IMG/VR virus record: IMGVR_UViG_3300042544_000912 | Coordinates: 32,001 to 96,000 of that record | From: a virus | Strand: one strand, 5' to 3' | DNA: 64,000 bases | In this document: in pieces, positions 28,934-37,826 of the stretch | Numbering within the stretch: position 1 is the first letter of the stretch | Layout of the letters: each line of letters starts with the position of its first letter | Made by a program: the position numbers and the translations under genes | Notes under the pieces: generated by a model | The model's database searches: none | What the model saw: only the letters and a program-made list of their open reading frames with translations | Told to the model about the DNA's origin: nothing

Positions 28934-29580
28934 GATTTACACCTAAAATCAGTGACGACCTTCTAGCAATTCTTGAACCATATCGCGAATGGTTCTTTGC
29001 TCAGAATGATCATGATAGCCTACGCGAGCCTAGTAGGATTAATGGAAAGACTTTCGAGACTGCCACGAGTGAACAATATCTGAATGAACTCGTGGCAAAA
29101 GATGGAGAGCATGTGGGATTTCCAGAATGCGCTTATTGTTGCGACATTGGTATGGTAGATTCTGTTCCTCGGCACCACAAAGACAAGCAACGGGCGCTAA
29201 ACGAGCAACTTATTCGGTTCCTCGGTGCCAGAAATAATGCGGTTCACGTTTATTATCCAGAAGAAGGATTCATGGGCTGGCACACAAACTGGAATGCACA
29301 CGGTTATAACATTCTTCTGTCATATAACACAGAAGAAAATACCGGCTATTTTAGATACTTAGACCCAGTAACAAAAGAAGTAGTCACTCTCTGGGACCCA
29401 AAAGGGTGGTCTTGTAAAGTTGGATACTTTGGTCGTCGGAGTGAAACGGATAAGATTATTTACCATTCTGCTGGCTCACATACTAAGAGATTGACATTGG
29501 GTTATGTTGTTCCTCATCTTGAAATCTGGCAATCAATGATTGAAGATATTTCAGGTGAAGATGCGTCTGACTACTTCTGA
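28930..29580 (+). CDS. Cupin / 2OG-Fe(II) oxygenase-like protein
   Basis: YYPEEGFMGWHTN (HxN), distal YH and R.TLGY in a double-stranded beta-helix pattern; start moved to ATG 28930 (ATGA overlap with the upstream GT). Confidence 0.6.
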   Translation: MRFTPKISDDLLAILEPYREWFFAQNDHDSLREPSRINGKTFETATSEQYLNELVAKDGEHVGFPECAYCCDIGMVDSVPRHHKDKQRALNEQLIRFLGARNNAVHVYYPEEGFMGWHTNWNAHGYNILLSYNTEENTGYFRYLDPVTKEVVTLWDPKGWSCKVGYFGRRSETDKIIYHSAGSHTKRLTLGYVVPHLEIWQSMIEDISGEDASDYF

Positions 29581-30227
29581 CCTATTACCATGAAACGGTC
29601 AAAAGTAACTTTGCCATCCCATGACCAATAAGACTGTTCGATGCTTCCTTCGTAAAAGCTATTGGTAACTCCAACATTTTCAATATGTTCTTCGATGGTT
29701 GGAACACAATTGATTCCATACATTTCACGAAATACATTTGAAGATTGGCACGCAAAGATACAATCTGGATTTGCCGTAGTCATATTCTTCAAAGGATACA
29801 TAACTTCACATGCAAGTGAAATTACCACGTCCGTATTTAGCGCATTGATATCATGATACGCAAATGGTATATCCCAATTTAAATGATTCAATTCTATATT
29901 TTTTTCATTATTATAATGTCTATTGAATACCTTTGATAGCTCAAGTGCATCTTTATCAATATCAATAAGATTAATCTTCTTAATATTTAAGTTTTCACAA
30001 AGAAGTGGTACTAGTGGAAATCCTAGCCATGAATTGAGAATAGTAATATCCAATTCTTTGGTCTGCACTAAATCTTTAAGATTTTCTACTAACCAGATAG
30101 CAGCATCCATTGTATTTGGATTTAACGACTTGCGAAAGTCTTCGTGCTTCCATGGCATCTCATGGTTGATCTTTTCTAGACCTTCACCCCAATTACGATA
30201 GTTATTCAAAAAATTATAGTTTAGCAT
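29571..30227 (-). CDS. Class I SAM-dependent methyltransferase-like protein (motif I degenerate)
   Basis: Rossmann pattern ITILNSWLG...INLIDIDKDA, DVVISLACE, CQS and C-terminal RFMVIG. Confidence 0.55.
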   Translation of the reverse strand: MLNYNFLNNYRNWGEGLEKINHEMPWKHEDFRKSLNPNTMDAAIWLVENLKDLVQTKELDITILNSWLGFPLVPLLCENLNIKKINLIDIDKDALELSKVFNRHYNNEKNIELNHLNWDIPFAYHDINALNTDVVISLACEVMYPLKNMTTANPDCIFACQSSNVFREMYGINCVPTIEEHIENVGVTNSFYEGSIEQSYWSWDGKVTFDRFMVIGQK

Positions 30228-30897
30228 CTTGTGGTCTTTCCATTGAATCGTATAAACAAATTAGTGGCTCTTCTCGTAGAACTTGTTCCCTAGTATCTGT
30301 CGGCCACATATATCCATAATTATAACTGTATATCCAGCCGTCCGGAAAATAGTCAATCTTTAAAAGACGTTCTCTTTGATGCCCGAACATATTATCAAGA
30401 CCTCGATAATAATAAAACATTTGGTCAGGATAATCTTTAACAAACTTTGTGATTTTATCAACATCCAATTTGTCATTCCATCTCAATACACTTGAATTCA
30501 AGTCTGTATACTTGTGAGGAATATGTTTAGTGTCGTCCTTCATCTTCTTTAGATTGTGCCAATGAGTTCGGATAAAAGTTAGTTTATCTTCTGGATCATG
30601 CTGAACAATACAATCGATGTTCTGTTGAATATCAATATCCAAATCGAAGAATAGTTTCTCACCCTGTTTCCGAATAAAATGTCTATCAAACAGATAAAGT
30701 TTATTCCACCATTTTTCATAATAATTATTTTCTGGAATAGGAACAATAATTATTTCGGGATTTAAATCTGTAGCATGTTCTGTTATGCAGTGAAACTCAA
30801 ACTCACTGGTGATATGCTTGTTGCATTGCTCGAACAATTTATTGACATATTCTGGGCCATATTTGAAGCCCCATTTTACTGTATAGATGTTAATCAT
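30214..30897 (-). CDS. GT-A glycosyltransferase (KWGxKY family)
   Basis: INIYTVKWGFKYGPEYVNKL, WWNKLYLFD, LFFDLD (DxD) and NSSVLRW; start moved to 30897 (TGATG overlap). Confidence 0.78.
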   Translation of the reverse strand: MINIYTVKWGFKYGPEYVNKLFEQCNKHITSEFEFHCITEHATDLNPEIIIVPIPENNYYEKWWNKLYLFDRHFIRKQGEKLFFDLDIDIQQNIDCIVQHDPEDKLTFIRTHWHNLKKMKDDTKHIPHKYTDLNSSVLRWNDKLDVDKITKFVKDYPDQMFYYYRGLDNMFGHQRERLLKIDYFPDGWIYSYNYGYMWPTDTREQVLREEPLICLYDSMERPQDAKL

Positions 30898-31715
30898 CAA
30901 ACGTTCCAATGCTCTAATAAGTCAGAATCAACCAAAGATTGCTGCTTCACTTTACCGCGTCTATTGTCCTGAAATGGAAGTAAGTCTACATTGAATACAC
31001 ATAGAATGCAGTCTTTTCTATATTTAGCTACTTCTAAATCACCTTCGTGCCAGTTACGACCACGATTATATGAATACGCAAATGTGCTTGGGAAATGTCT
31101 CCATAATGGAGTATCGCTAAAGTCTCCCCATCTCCAACTGTGGTAGTTGTCTGTGCCATCTGTAAACGTGAACCAGATACGTTCTTGATGTTCTAGAACA
31201 TCCTGCCAAATACATTCTGTCTGATCATCTGACCAGACCATGCAACTACCATTTGTATATGCGCCATGTGCCAGTTTGAAGTTGCGAGATTTCATTGGTC
31301 GAGGGTCTTGCCACCACGAACGCAACTTGGTAGGATTCTCTAAGTCATAAGTGATGATTGGCGACAAATCATTTTGAATGATAACATCAAGGTCGAAAAA
31401 GACAAATCTTCCAGTGGGGTTATCGTCTGCGAAGTTGTGTGTATTGAAGATGAACGTCTTTGGTCTGTCCCAACAACGTGCCATGCCGTATTTGAAATCA
31501 TCTGTTCCAAACCAGTATTTCGGATGAATGTCGGGAATGTCTGGGAAGTCGATGACTTTAATTTCATTTTCAAAACCTTCACTGTTATCGGTATAGCAAT
31601 AGAAATGGAACTCAAATTTATCCGGGGTATGCTTCTTCGCCATCCGATAAAGACGGTTGACAAACTCGGCATCATATTTGGTACCCCATTTGCAGCAAAT
31701 ATAATTAACTCTCAT
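30897..31715 (-). CDS. GT-A glycosyltransferase (KWGxKY family)
   Basis: NYICCKWGTKYDAEFVNRL, FVFFDLD and YTNGSCMVW; start moved to 31715 (ATGA overlap). Confidence 0.78.
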   Translation of the reverse strand: MRVNYICCKWGTKYDAEFVNRLYRMAKKHTPDKFEFHFYCYTDNSEGFENEIKVIDFPDIPDIHPKYWFGTDDFKYGMARCWDRPKTFIFNTHNFADDNPTGRFVFFDLDVIIQNDLSPIITYDLENPTKLRSWWQDPRPMKSRNFKLAHGAYTNGSCMVWSDDQTECIWQDVLEHQERIWFTFTDGTDNYHSWRWGDFSDTPLWRHFPSTFAYSYNRGRNWHEGDLEVAKYRKDCILCVFNVDLLPFQDNRRGKVKQQSLVDSDLLEHWNV

Positions 31716-32467
31716 TTCCATAATTCAAGAATACTTTCATCCTGACAATCTGCCAGTTCTATTTGTTCTTTTGCAGAAGGATGTGGAACATTATCGGTAT
31801 TGAATATACAGATTTTCGCATCGTCTCTAAACTTAAAACGCTCTACATCCGTTGGATGATAACGGCCTCTGTTCCAAGAATATACCCAATTATCTGGAAT
31901 GTTTTTCCAGAAATCTCGCTGTCGCCAATAATGATAGTTATCGCTGCCTTTAAAGAACGTTTTAAAAACTATCTCTTCTTCACTAAAAACGTCAAAATAT
32001 ATATGTCGGCATTGTCCGTGTGACCATAACATCATACTAGAATTATAAAATGTTCCTCTAGTTTCAATGAAGAACCTATCATGTAACTGACTTTTAGGTT
32101 GCCACTGACAATTAATAATTCGGGGCTTTTGAGCTAGAATATCAATATCATCTATATTGTTTTGTATCACTACATCTAGATCGAAATAACAGAACTTATC
32201 CGTCTCATCACAGTCAATCCATTCTTCTGTATTAAACAATAAGAACTTAGGTCTATCGAAACAGCCATCATTGTTGAAATATTTCGGATGAAGTAGACCA
32301 TCATCTGGAATAGGATAGATTTCGCTGCATTCTAATCCTATTGGGTCATCGGTGAAGCAAACAAACCTATAGTCTCCGGTATAGTTCTTCTGCACCATAC
32401 GGTATAAATTGTTCACATACTCCGGGGAGTATTTCTCACCCCATTTAATTGTTAGAAATATCATCAT
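31712..32467 (-). CDS. GT-A glycosyltransferase (KWGxKY family)
   Basis: FLTIKWGEKYSPEYVNNL, FCYFDLD and YNSSMMLW; start at 32467 or 32464. Confidence 0.78.
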   Translation of the reverse strand: MMIFLTIKWGEKYSPEYVNNLYRMVQKNYTGDYRFVCFTDDPIGLECSEIYPIPDDGLLHPKYFNNDGCFDRPKFLLFNTEEWIDCDETDKFCYFDLDVVIQNNIDDIDILAQKPRIINCQWQPKSQLHDRFFIETRGTFYNSSMMLWSHGQCRHIYFDVFSEEEIVFKTFFKGSDNYHYWRQRDFWKNIPDNWVYSWNRGRYHPTDVERFKFRDDAKICIFNTDNVPHPSAKEQIELADCQDESILELWK

Positions 32468-33113
32468 ATTTTTTATCTGCACCAGGAAATTGATCTAGAC
32501 CGTTTAATAAAGCGATATTGAATTCTGGTCTATACTTGAAAGATACGTTATCGCCATAGAAATCCGCACCGTAGACAAATGAGTAGATTTCGTTTTTTGG
32601 AAATCTATTAAAATCAAACGTCTCATGCCAAAGAAATCTATCATCACCGAAATATTTTACCATGAAATAATCCGGATCTTGTTGAAAATGTTCCCAAATA
32701 AACGAGGTTGTACCATTTTTCCACAGTATTACGCTTGAATTGTAATTACTTAGATAACGCATACTATGAACACCTCCGTCATAGTCCGGAAACTCTCTAT
32801 CTTTCCAATAAGTATACACTATTGTCGGGCGTTCGTCAAGATAATTCCATAGATGGTCAATATTATTTTGTATTCGGATATCTAAATCTAAGTAAAGACA
32901 ATCACCCAAATTCTTTTGACCGAATAACCATACTTTATACCAGTGACCCTCTACTTCATCCGGTAAAGGCCAAGCATTTACTATGTGGTCAAGTCCTGAT
33001 GGGTCATCTGTGAAACATATGTAAGTATACTTGCGCCCGGTGGCATTTACTATCCGATTAACGTCATCGGCAGTGTATTTTGTTCCGTATTTCAACATCA
33101 ATATGGTTTTCAT
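32445..33113 (-). CDS. GT-A glycosyltransferase (KWGxKY family)
   Basis: ILMLKYGTKYTADDVNRI, HWYKVWLF, CLYLDLD, YNSSVILW and GDDRFL; start moved to ATG 33113. Confidence 0.78.
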   Translation of the reverse strand: MKTILMLKYGTKYTADDVNRIVNATGRKYTYICFTDDPSGLDHIVNAWPLPDEVEGHWYKVWLFGQKNLGDCLYLDLDIRIQNNIDHLWNYLDERPTIVYTYWKDREFPDYDGGVHSMRYLSNYNSSVILWKNGTTSFIWEHFQQDPDYFMVKYFGDDRFLWHETFDFNRFPKNEIYSFVYGADFYGDNVSFKYRPEFNIALLNGLDQFPGADKKYDDISNN

Positions 33114-33127
33114 AGTCAACCTAAAAT

Positions 33128-33135
33128 TATAAATA
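33128..33135 (+). promoter_or_regulatory. Late promoter TATAAATA for the second fibre block
   Basis: Exact consensus 26 nt before ATG 33162. Confidence 0.78.
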
Positions 33136-33161
33136 AGAGAAAGAGTTTTATAAGGGTTCTT

Positions 33162-33491
33162 ATGGCACAGGTTCAAAATATTTATATTGACCAAGGATCA
33201 ACGTATTCGTTGTCATTGAATGTTACTGATCAGAATGGCGATCTAAAAGATTTGTCGGACTATACGGTAGCAGCCCAAATGCGCAAATCATACTATACAA
33301 ACACTGCTATAGATTTTGATGCTGAAATCACATATCCTCTAGATGGCGAATTAACAATCTCGCTCACATCGGAAAACTCTTCTGATATCAAAGCTGGACG
33401 CTATGTGTATGATATTGAAATAACTGGACCAGAAGAAACACTTAGAGTTCTAGAAGGTATAGTTGTTGTTAATCCTGGAGTAACAAAATAA
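33162..33491 (+). CDS. Small Ig-like virion protein
   Basis: NIYIDQGSTY, AAQMRKSY and GRYVYDIEI...RVLEGIVVVNPGVT motifs common in T4-like tail regions. Confidence 0.65.
   Translation: MAQVQNIYIDQGSTYSLSLNVTDQNGDLKDLSDYTVAAQMRKSYYTNTAIDFDAEITYPLDGELTISLTSENSSDIKAGRYVYDIEITGPEETLRVLEGIVVVNPGVTK
33179..33186 (-). promoter_or_regulatory. Candidate late promoter TATAAATA for the glycosyltransferase operon
   Basis: Plus-strand tatttata, 65 nt upstream of the first GT start; lies inside a coding region so could be chance. Confidence 0.4.
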
Positions 33492-33709
33492 TGTCTTTAA
33501 AAGTTACAGTAGGAACTTCAAATACTATAAATACACAAATAGTAAGCAAAAGAGTTACAGCCGATCTAGAGACGTTGGCAAACGTTGACATAACAGGCAT
33601 TCAAGACGGCTACACTCTGGTATATAATAATGAAACTAACAAATGGGAAGCAACCAATGTGAATGATATTGTTGCCACACCGGATGTGATTAGCGGCGGA
33701 ACTTATTAA
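33491..33709 (+). CDS. Small virion-associated protein ending ISGGTY
   Basis: L..LANVDIT..QDGYTLVYN..TNKWEA motif; coupled by TAATG overlap. Confidence 0.6.
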   Translation: MSLKVTVGTSNTINTQIVSKRVTADLETLANVDITGIQDGYTLVYNNETNKWEATNVNDIVATPDVISGGTY

Positions 33710-33738
33710 AAAATAATAAAAAAGGAAGGTCCTAATAA

Positions 33739-35427
33739 ATGGCTACAGTAATTCAAATTAAGAGTTCGTCAACATCGAACGCACCTGCTACCACTGATCT
33801 TATAGAAGCAGAAATGGCATATGCAGAAGACCGTGCTGGCAATGGTGCCGCCGCGGTTCTTTATATTTCGTCACTAAACTCTGACAATACAACCGAAGCT
33901 ATCCATAAAATTGGTGGTAAGTATTATACAGATAAGGTTGATGCGCGTCTCGTTGATGCCACATCATCTGTTGGCGCGAAGGCAGTATTCGCAGAAGGTA
34001 CAGCAAACGGCTCACATAAGGTGACACTGAAGGCGGCCGACACCGTTGCCGCAGATGTTACTTTTACTCTACCGGCGGCAGATGGTTCTGCTAACCAAGT
34101 TCTCGTAACTAACGGTTCTGGCGTTCTGTCATTTGCTGCTCCTGCATCATCATCGATGACGCTTGCTGGCGACACAGGCACTGACACATTCAATACAGGT
34201 GAAACACTAACTTTCACTGGTGGCACAGGTATCGCGTCAACTGTTACAAATAATACAGTAACTTTCGATATTGATTCGACTGTTGCTACCTTAACTGGCA
34301 CACAGACACTAACAAACAAAACTCTAACTTCGCCTACCATGACAGCTCCTGCTCTTGGTACTCCTGCATCTGGTACACTAACTAACGCAACAGGCCTACC
34401 AGTTTCAACAGGTATTTCTGGATTAGGAACTAACGTAGCGACTGCACTGGCTGTTGCTGTGGGTTCTTCTGGCGCGTTTGTTACCAATGGTGGTGCTCTA
34501 GGTACTCCTTCTTCTGGCACACTGACCAACGCAACCGGTCTACCAGTTGCAACAGGTATTTCTGGTCTTGGTACAAATGTTGCAACTTTCCTTGCAACTC
34601 CATCTTCTGCAAATCTTCTTGCGGCGCTGTCCGATGAAACGGGCACCGGTGTTAACGTATTTGGTACTGCTCCAACTTTCACTACATCGATTGATGGTGG
34701 TGCTACGTTTGCCGCGTTTGCTTCTTCAACTGCGCTGACAATTGGTTATGGAAGCACCGCTGCTTCGACAACCAATATCTCAACTGGCGCTACTGCAACT
34801 GGCACAACTAAGACGCTGAATCTTGCTACTGGCGGTGCTACTGGTTCTACTACGAACGTTAACATCGGTTCTGCAAACGGTGGTACTACTACAATCAACA
34901 AGGACCTAGTGGTTTCTGGTGATCTTACGGTCAACGGAACTACAACAACCGTTAACTCGACGACCATCTCTGTTGATGATAAAAACATCGAACTTGGTTC
35001 TGTAGCATCACCAACAAATACTACTGCCGACGGTGGTGGTATTACACTAAAGGGTGCGACAGATAAGACTTTCAACTGGGTAAATGCTACTGCGGCATGG
35101 ACTTCTTCAGAAGATCTCAACCTACTTAGTGGCAAGGTTTATGAAATCAACGGTACTACTGTTCTTTCTTCTTCTGCGCTTGGTTCAGGTGTTACTGGTT
35201 CGTCACTAACAAGCGTTGGTACTATCGCAACTGGTGTTTGGAATGGTACTGCGGTTACTGTTCCTTATGGTGGTACTGGTGCAACAACATTCACTTCGAA
35301 TGGTATTCTATACGGAAATGGCACAGGTGCTCTACAAGCAACTGCGGCTGGCACAAACGGCTACTTCCTGTATTCGAATAGCGGTACACCTGCTTGGACA
35401 AATACAATTAGCGGTGGAACATACTGA
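33739..35427 (+). CDS. Tail fibre-like protein (562 aa)
   Basis: T/G/A/S-rich; [11 protein letters not shown]-terminus; TLTNKTL and [16 protein letters not shown] repeats; DDKNIELG module. Confidence 0.7.
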   Translation: MATVIQIKSSSTSNAPATTDLIEAEMAYAEDRAGNGAAAVLYISSLNSDNTTEAIHKIGGKYYTDKVDARLVDATSSVGAKAVFAEGTANGSHKVTLKAADTVAADVTFTLPAADGSANQVLVTNGSGVLSFAAPASSSMTLAGDTGTDTFNTGETLTFTGGTGIASTVTNNTVTFDIDSTVATLTGTQTLTNKTLTSPTMTAPALGTPASGTLTNATGLPVSTGISGLGTNVATALAVAVGSSGAFVTNGGALGTPSSGTLTNATGLPVATGISGLGTNVATFLATPSSANLLAALSDETGTGVNVFGTAPTFTTSIDGGATFAAFASSTALTIGYGSTAASTTNISTGATATGTTKTLNLATGGATGSTTNVNIGSANGGTTTINKDLVVSGDLTVNGTTTTVNSTTISVDDKNIELGSVASPTNTTADGGGITLKGATDKTFNWVNATAAWTSSEDLNLLSGKVYEINGTTVLSSSALGSGVTGSSLTSVGTIATGVWNGTAVTVPYGGTGATTFTSNGILYGNGTGALQATAAGTNGYFLYSNSGTPAWTNTISGGTY

Positions 35428-35435
35428 TAAATAAA

Positions 35436-35456
35436 GGGAGAGGGTTTCCCTCTCCC
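35436..35456. terminator. Perfect 9-bp hairpin GGGAGAGGG-TTT-CCCTCTCCC; U-tract only on the minus strand
   Basis: Read directly; aaataaa at 35429-35435 gives a U-rich tail on the minus strand. Confidence 0.55.
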
Positions 35457-35473
35457 AACTTGTGAGGATTATC

Positions 35474-35677
35474 ATGGATCAGACTAAATTTATTAATACA
35501 TATATCGCAAATCTCGCGGAGCAAACTAAAAGTGCTACGCTTGAGATTATTATGCTGAAAACGCATTTGGCAATTGCAAATGAGACTATCGCTGAATTGA
35601 CGACCAAACTTGAAGCACAAGCAACAGAAATTAAACAGGATGAGGCAGACGTTCTTCCTCTATCTGATTACAAATAA
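35474..35677 (+). CDS. Small coiled-coil protein (possible fibre chaperone)
   Basis: GAGG RBS before ATG 35474; heptad pattern; lies between two fibre genes. Confidence 0.55.
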   Translation: MDQTKFINTYIANLAEQTKSATLEIIMLKTHLAIANETIAELTTKLEAQATEIKQDEADVLPLSDYK

Positions 35678-35686
35678 GGTAGTGAA

Positions 35687-37825
35687 ATGGCAACAAGAGT
35701 TCAATTCAGAAGAGGTACTACGGCAGAGCATAGCACTTTCACGGGTGCAGAAGGTGAAATAACCGTAAACACAACAAAAGATACTCTTGTTGTTCACGAT
35801 GGCTCGACTGCTGGTGGTTTCGAAATAGTAAGTTTGGCCGCGTCCCAAACATTAACTAATAAAACATTAACTTCTCCAACATTCACTGCACCGGTTCTGG
35901 GAACACCTGCTAGTGGTACCTTAACTAACTGCACAGGATTACCTGTTGCATCTGGCGTTTCTGGTTTAGGAACTGGCGTTGCTACATTTCTGGCCACGCC
36001 ATCTTCCGCAAACTTAATCTCTGCGATTACGGATGAGACTGGTTCTGGCGCACTGGTATTTGGAACAAGTCCTGCTATCACCACATCTATTACTACGCCA
36101 AGCACAACTTTTGCACTAGTAAATACTACGGCGACAACAGTAAACTTTGCTGGTGCGGCGACTGCGGTTACTATTGGTGCTTCAACCGGCACTACAACAG
36201 TAAATAATAGTTTGGTGGTCACTGGCGATCTTACGATCAATGGAACTACGAATACTATCAATTCAACAACAATTACTGTTGATGATAAGAACATCGAACT
36301 TGGTTCGGTAGCATCACCAACTAACGTCACAGCAGATGGTGGTGGTATTACTCTAAGGGGTACTACAGATAAAACGTTTAACTGGGTGAGTGCAACGGCC
36401 GCATGGACTTCATCGGAAGACTTAAATCTTCTTACGGGTAAAGTCTATGAAATCAACGGCACTACCGTTCTTTCTGCCACGGCATTGGGGTCGGGCGTTA
36501 CTGGTTCTTCACTGACTTCTGTTGGCACGATTGGAACGGGTGTTTGGCAGGGAACTTTGGTAAGTTCTACCTATGGTGGAACAGGCGTAAATAATGGTGG
36601 TAGAACCATTACATTAAATACGGGCAACTTAACAATTGCTGCACAGGCAGGTGGCTCATCGCTTACTGCACCATCTACTGGTACAATTGCAACTCTTGCT
36701 GGCACAGAAACATTTACTAATAAAACTCTTACCCTTCCAATTATTGATAACATCAAATTAGGTTATACTGCAACTGCCACCGCAGCTGGTACAACTACAT
36801 TAACTGCATCTAGCAATCGTCAGCAATTATTTACTGGTTCGACTACACAAACTGTTGTTCTTCCAGTAACCAGCACATTAGTCGCTGGTATGGGTTATGA
36901 TATCGAAAATAACTCAACAGGTAACTTAACAGTGAATTCTTCTGGTGGTAATTTAGTAGCAACAGTTGTTCCAGGAACCAATCTTCACGTAGTTTGTATT
37001 GGTACTACTCTAACTACTGCGGCAGACTGGGACGCAGAATTTACAGGATTTGGTACGCTTACAGGTACGGGTTCAGTTGTTCTAGCAACATCACCTACAC
37101 TAACGACACCAAATATTGGGGCTGCTACTGGTACATCTCTAAGTGTTTCTGGGTCCTTAACTTCCACTGTTGCAACTGGCACTGCTCCGTTGGTAGTCAC
37201 TTCTACTACTAAAGTTACTAACCTAAACGCAGAACTAGTAGATGGTTACCATGCAACTGAAACCAACACGGCATCAAATATTGTTGTCAGAGACTCGACA
37301 CGCAAAATCAATCACAGCGGTGCCGTTCTTTCAGGTTCTACGTCAGGAACAACTACGGTAGTTGCAACTGCAATTGCAGGAACTACTACTTTAACTTTAC
37401 CTGCCGCCACAGATACGCTGGTTGGTAAAGCAACTACCGATACTCTTACAAATAAAACTCTCACTACACCGGCAATCAATGGTGCAACTGTGGGTGTTTC
37501 TGCGACTGTTACAGCTGGCACTAATGCTCAGGGTCAAGGCGCACTGACATCCGATTATAACGTAATAACCACCGCGGCATCTGCTCCATCTGGAGTAACT
37601 CTTCCGACTGCTACTACTGGACGTAGAATTGTTATCGTAAATAAGGGCGCAAATATCATCAATATCTATCCTGCAACTAGTGGATATATTGATGCGCTTG
37701 CAATCAACACCGCAACTTCGCTTGCACCAAACGGAACAATGGAATTGATGGCATCATCTACAACTCAATGGTATTCTATTGACCGACTTGCAATTTACAA
37801 TGCAGCGGGAACATTGTTGAACTAA
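35687..37825 (+). CDS. Tail fibre-like protein with Mtd N-terminal-type domain (712 aa)
   Basis: RVQFRRGTTAEHSTFTGAEGEITVNTTKDTLVVHDGSTAGG N-terminus; shares modules with the 33739 protein. Confidence 0.72.
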   Translation: MATRVQFRRGTTAEHSTFTGAEGEITVNTTKDTLVVHDGSTAGGFEIVSLAASQTLTNKTLTSPTFTAPVLGTPASGTLTNCTGLPVASGVSGLGTGVATFLATPSSANLISAITDETGSGALVFGTSPAITTSITTPSTTFALVNTTATTVNFAGAATAVTIGASTGTTTVNNSLVVTGDLTINGTTNTINSTTITVDDKNIELGSVASPTNVTADGGGITLRGTTDKTFNWVSATAAWTSSEDLNLLTGKVYEINGTTVLSATALGSGVTGSSLTSVGTIGTGVWQGTLVSSTYGGTGVNNGGRTITLNTGNLTIAAQAGGSSLTAPSTGTIATLAGTETFTNKTLTLPIIDNIKLGYTATATAAGTTTLTASSNRQQLFTGSTTQTVVLPVTSTLVAGMGYDIENNSTGNLTVNSSGGNLVATVVPGTNLHVVCIGTTLTTAADWDAEFTGFGTLTGTGSVVLATSPTLTTPNIGAATGTSLSVSGSLTSTVATGTAPLVVTSTTKVTNLNAELVDGYHATETNTASNIVVRDSTRKINHSGAVLSGSTSGTTTVVATAIAGTTTLTLPAATDTLVGKATTDTLTNKTLTTPAINGATVGVSATVTAGTNAQGQGALTSDYNVITTAASAPSGVTLPTATTGRRIVIVNKGANIINIYPATSGYIDALAINTATSLAPNGTMELMASSTTQWYSIDRLAIYNAAGTLLN

Positions 37826-37826
37826 T

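Noticed and set aside
26269-33113. GT/oxygenase cluster as a DNA hypermodification pathway
   Set aside because: Not excluded, but disfavoured: no hydroxymethylase, kinase or other nucleotide genes nearby, and the block sits among late fibre genes
33924-37521. Long antisense ORFs opposite the fibre genes
   Set aside because: Codon-bias shadows of Thr/Gly/Ala-rich genes
35687-37825. Diversity-generating retroelement suggested by the Mtd-like N-terminus
   Set aside because: No reverse transcriptase and no template/variable repeat pair differing at adenines in the window
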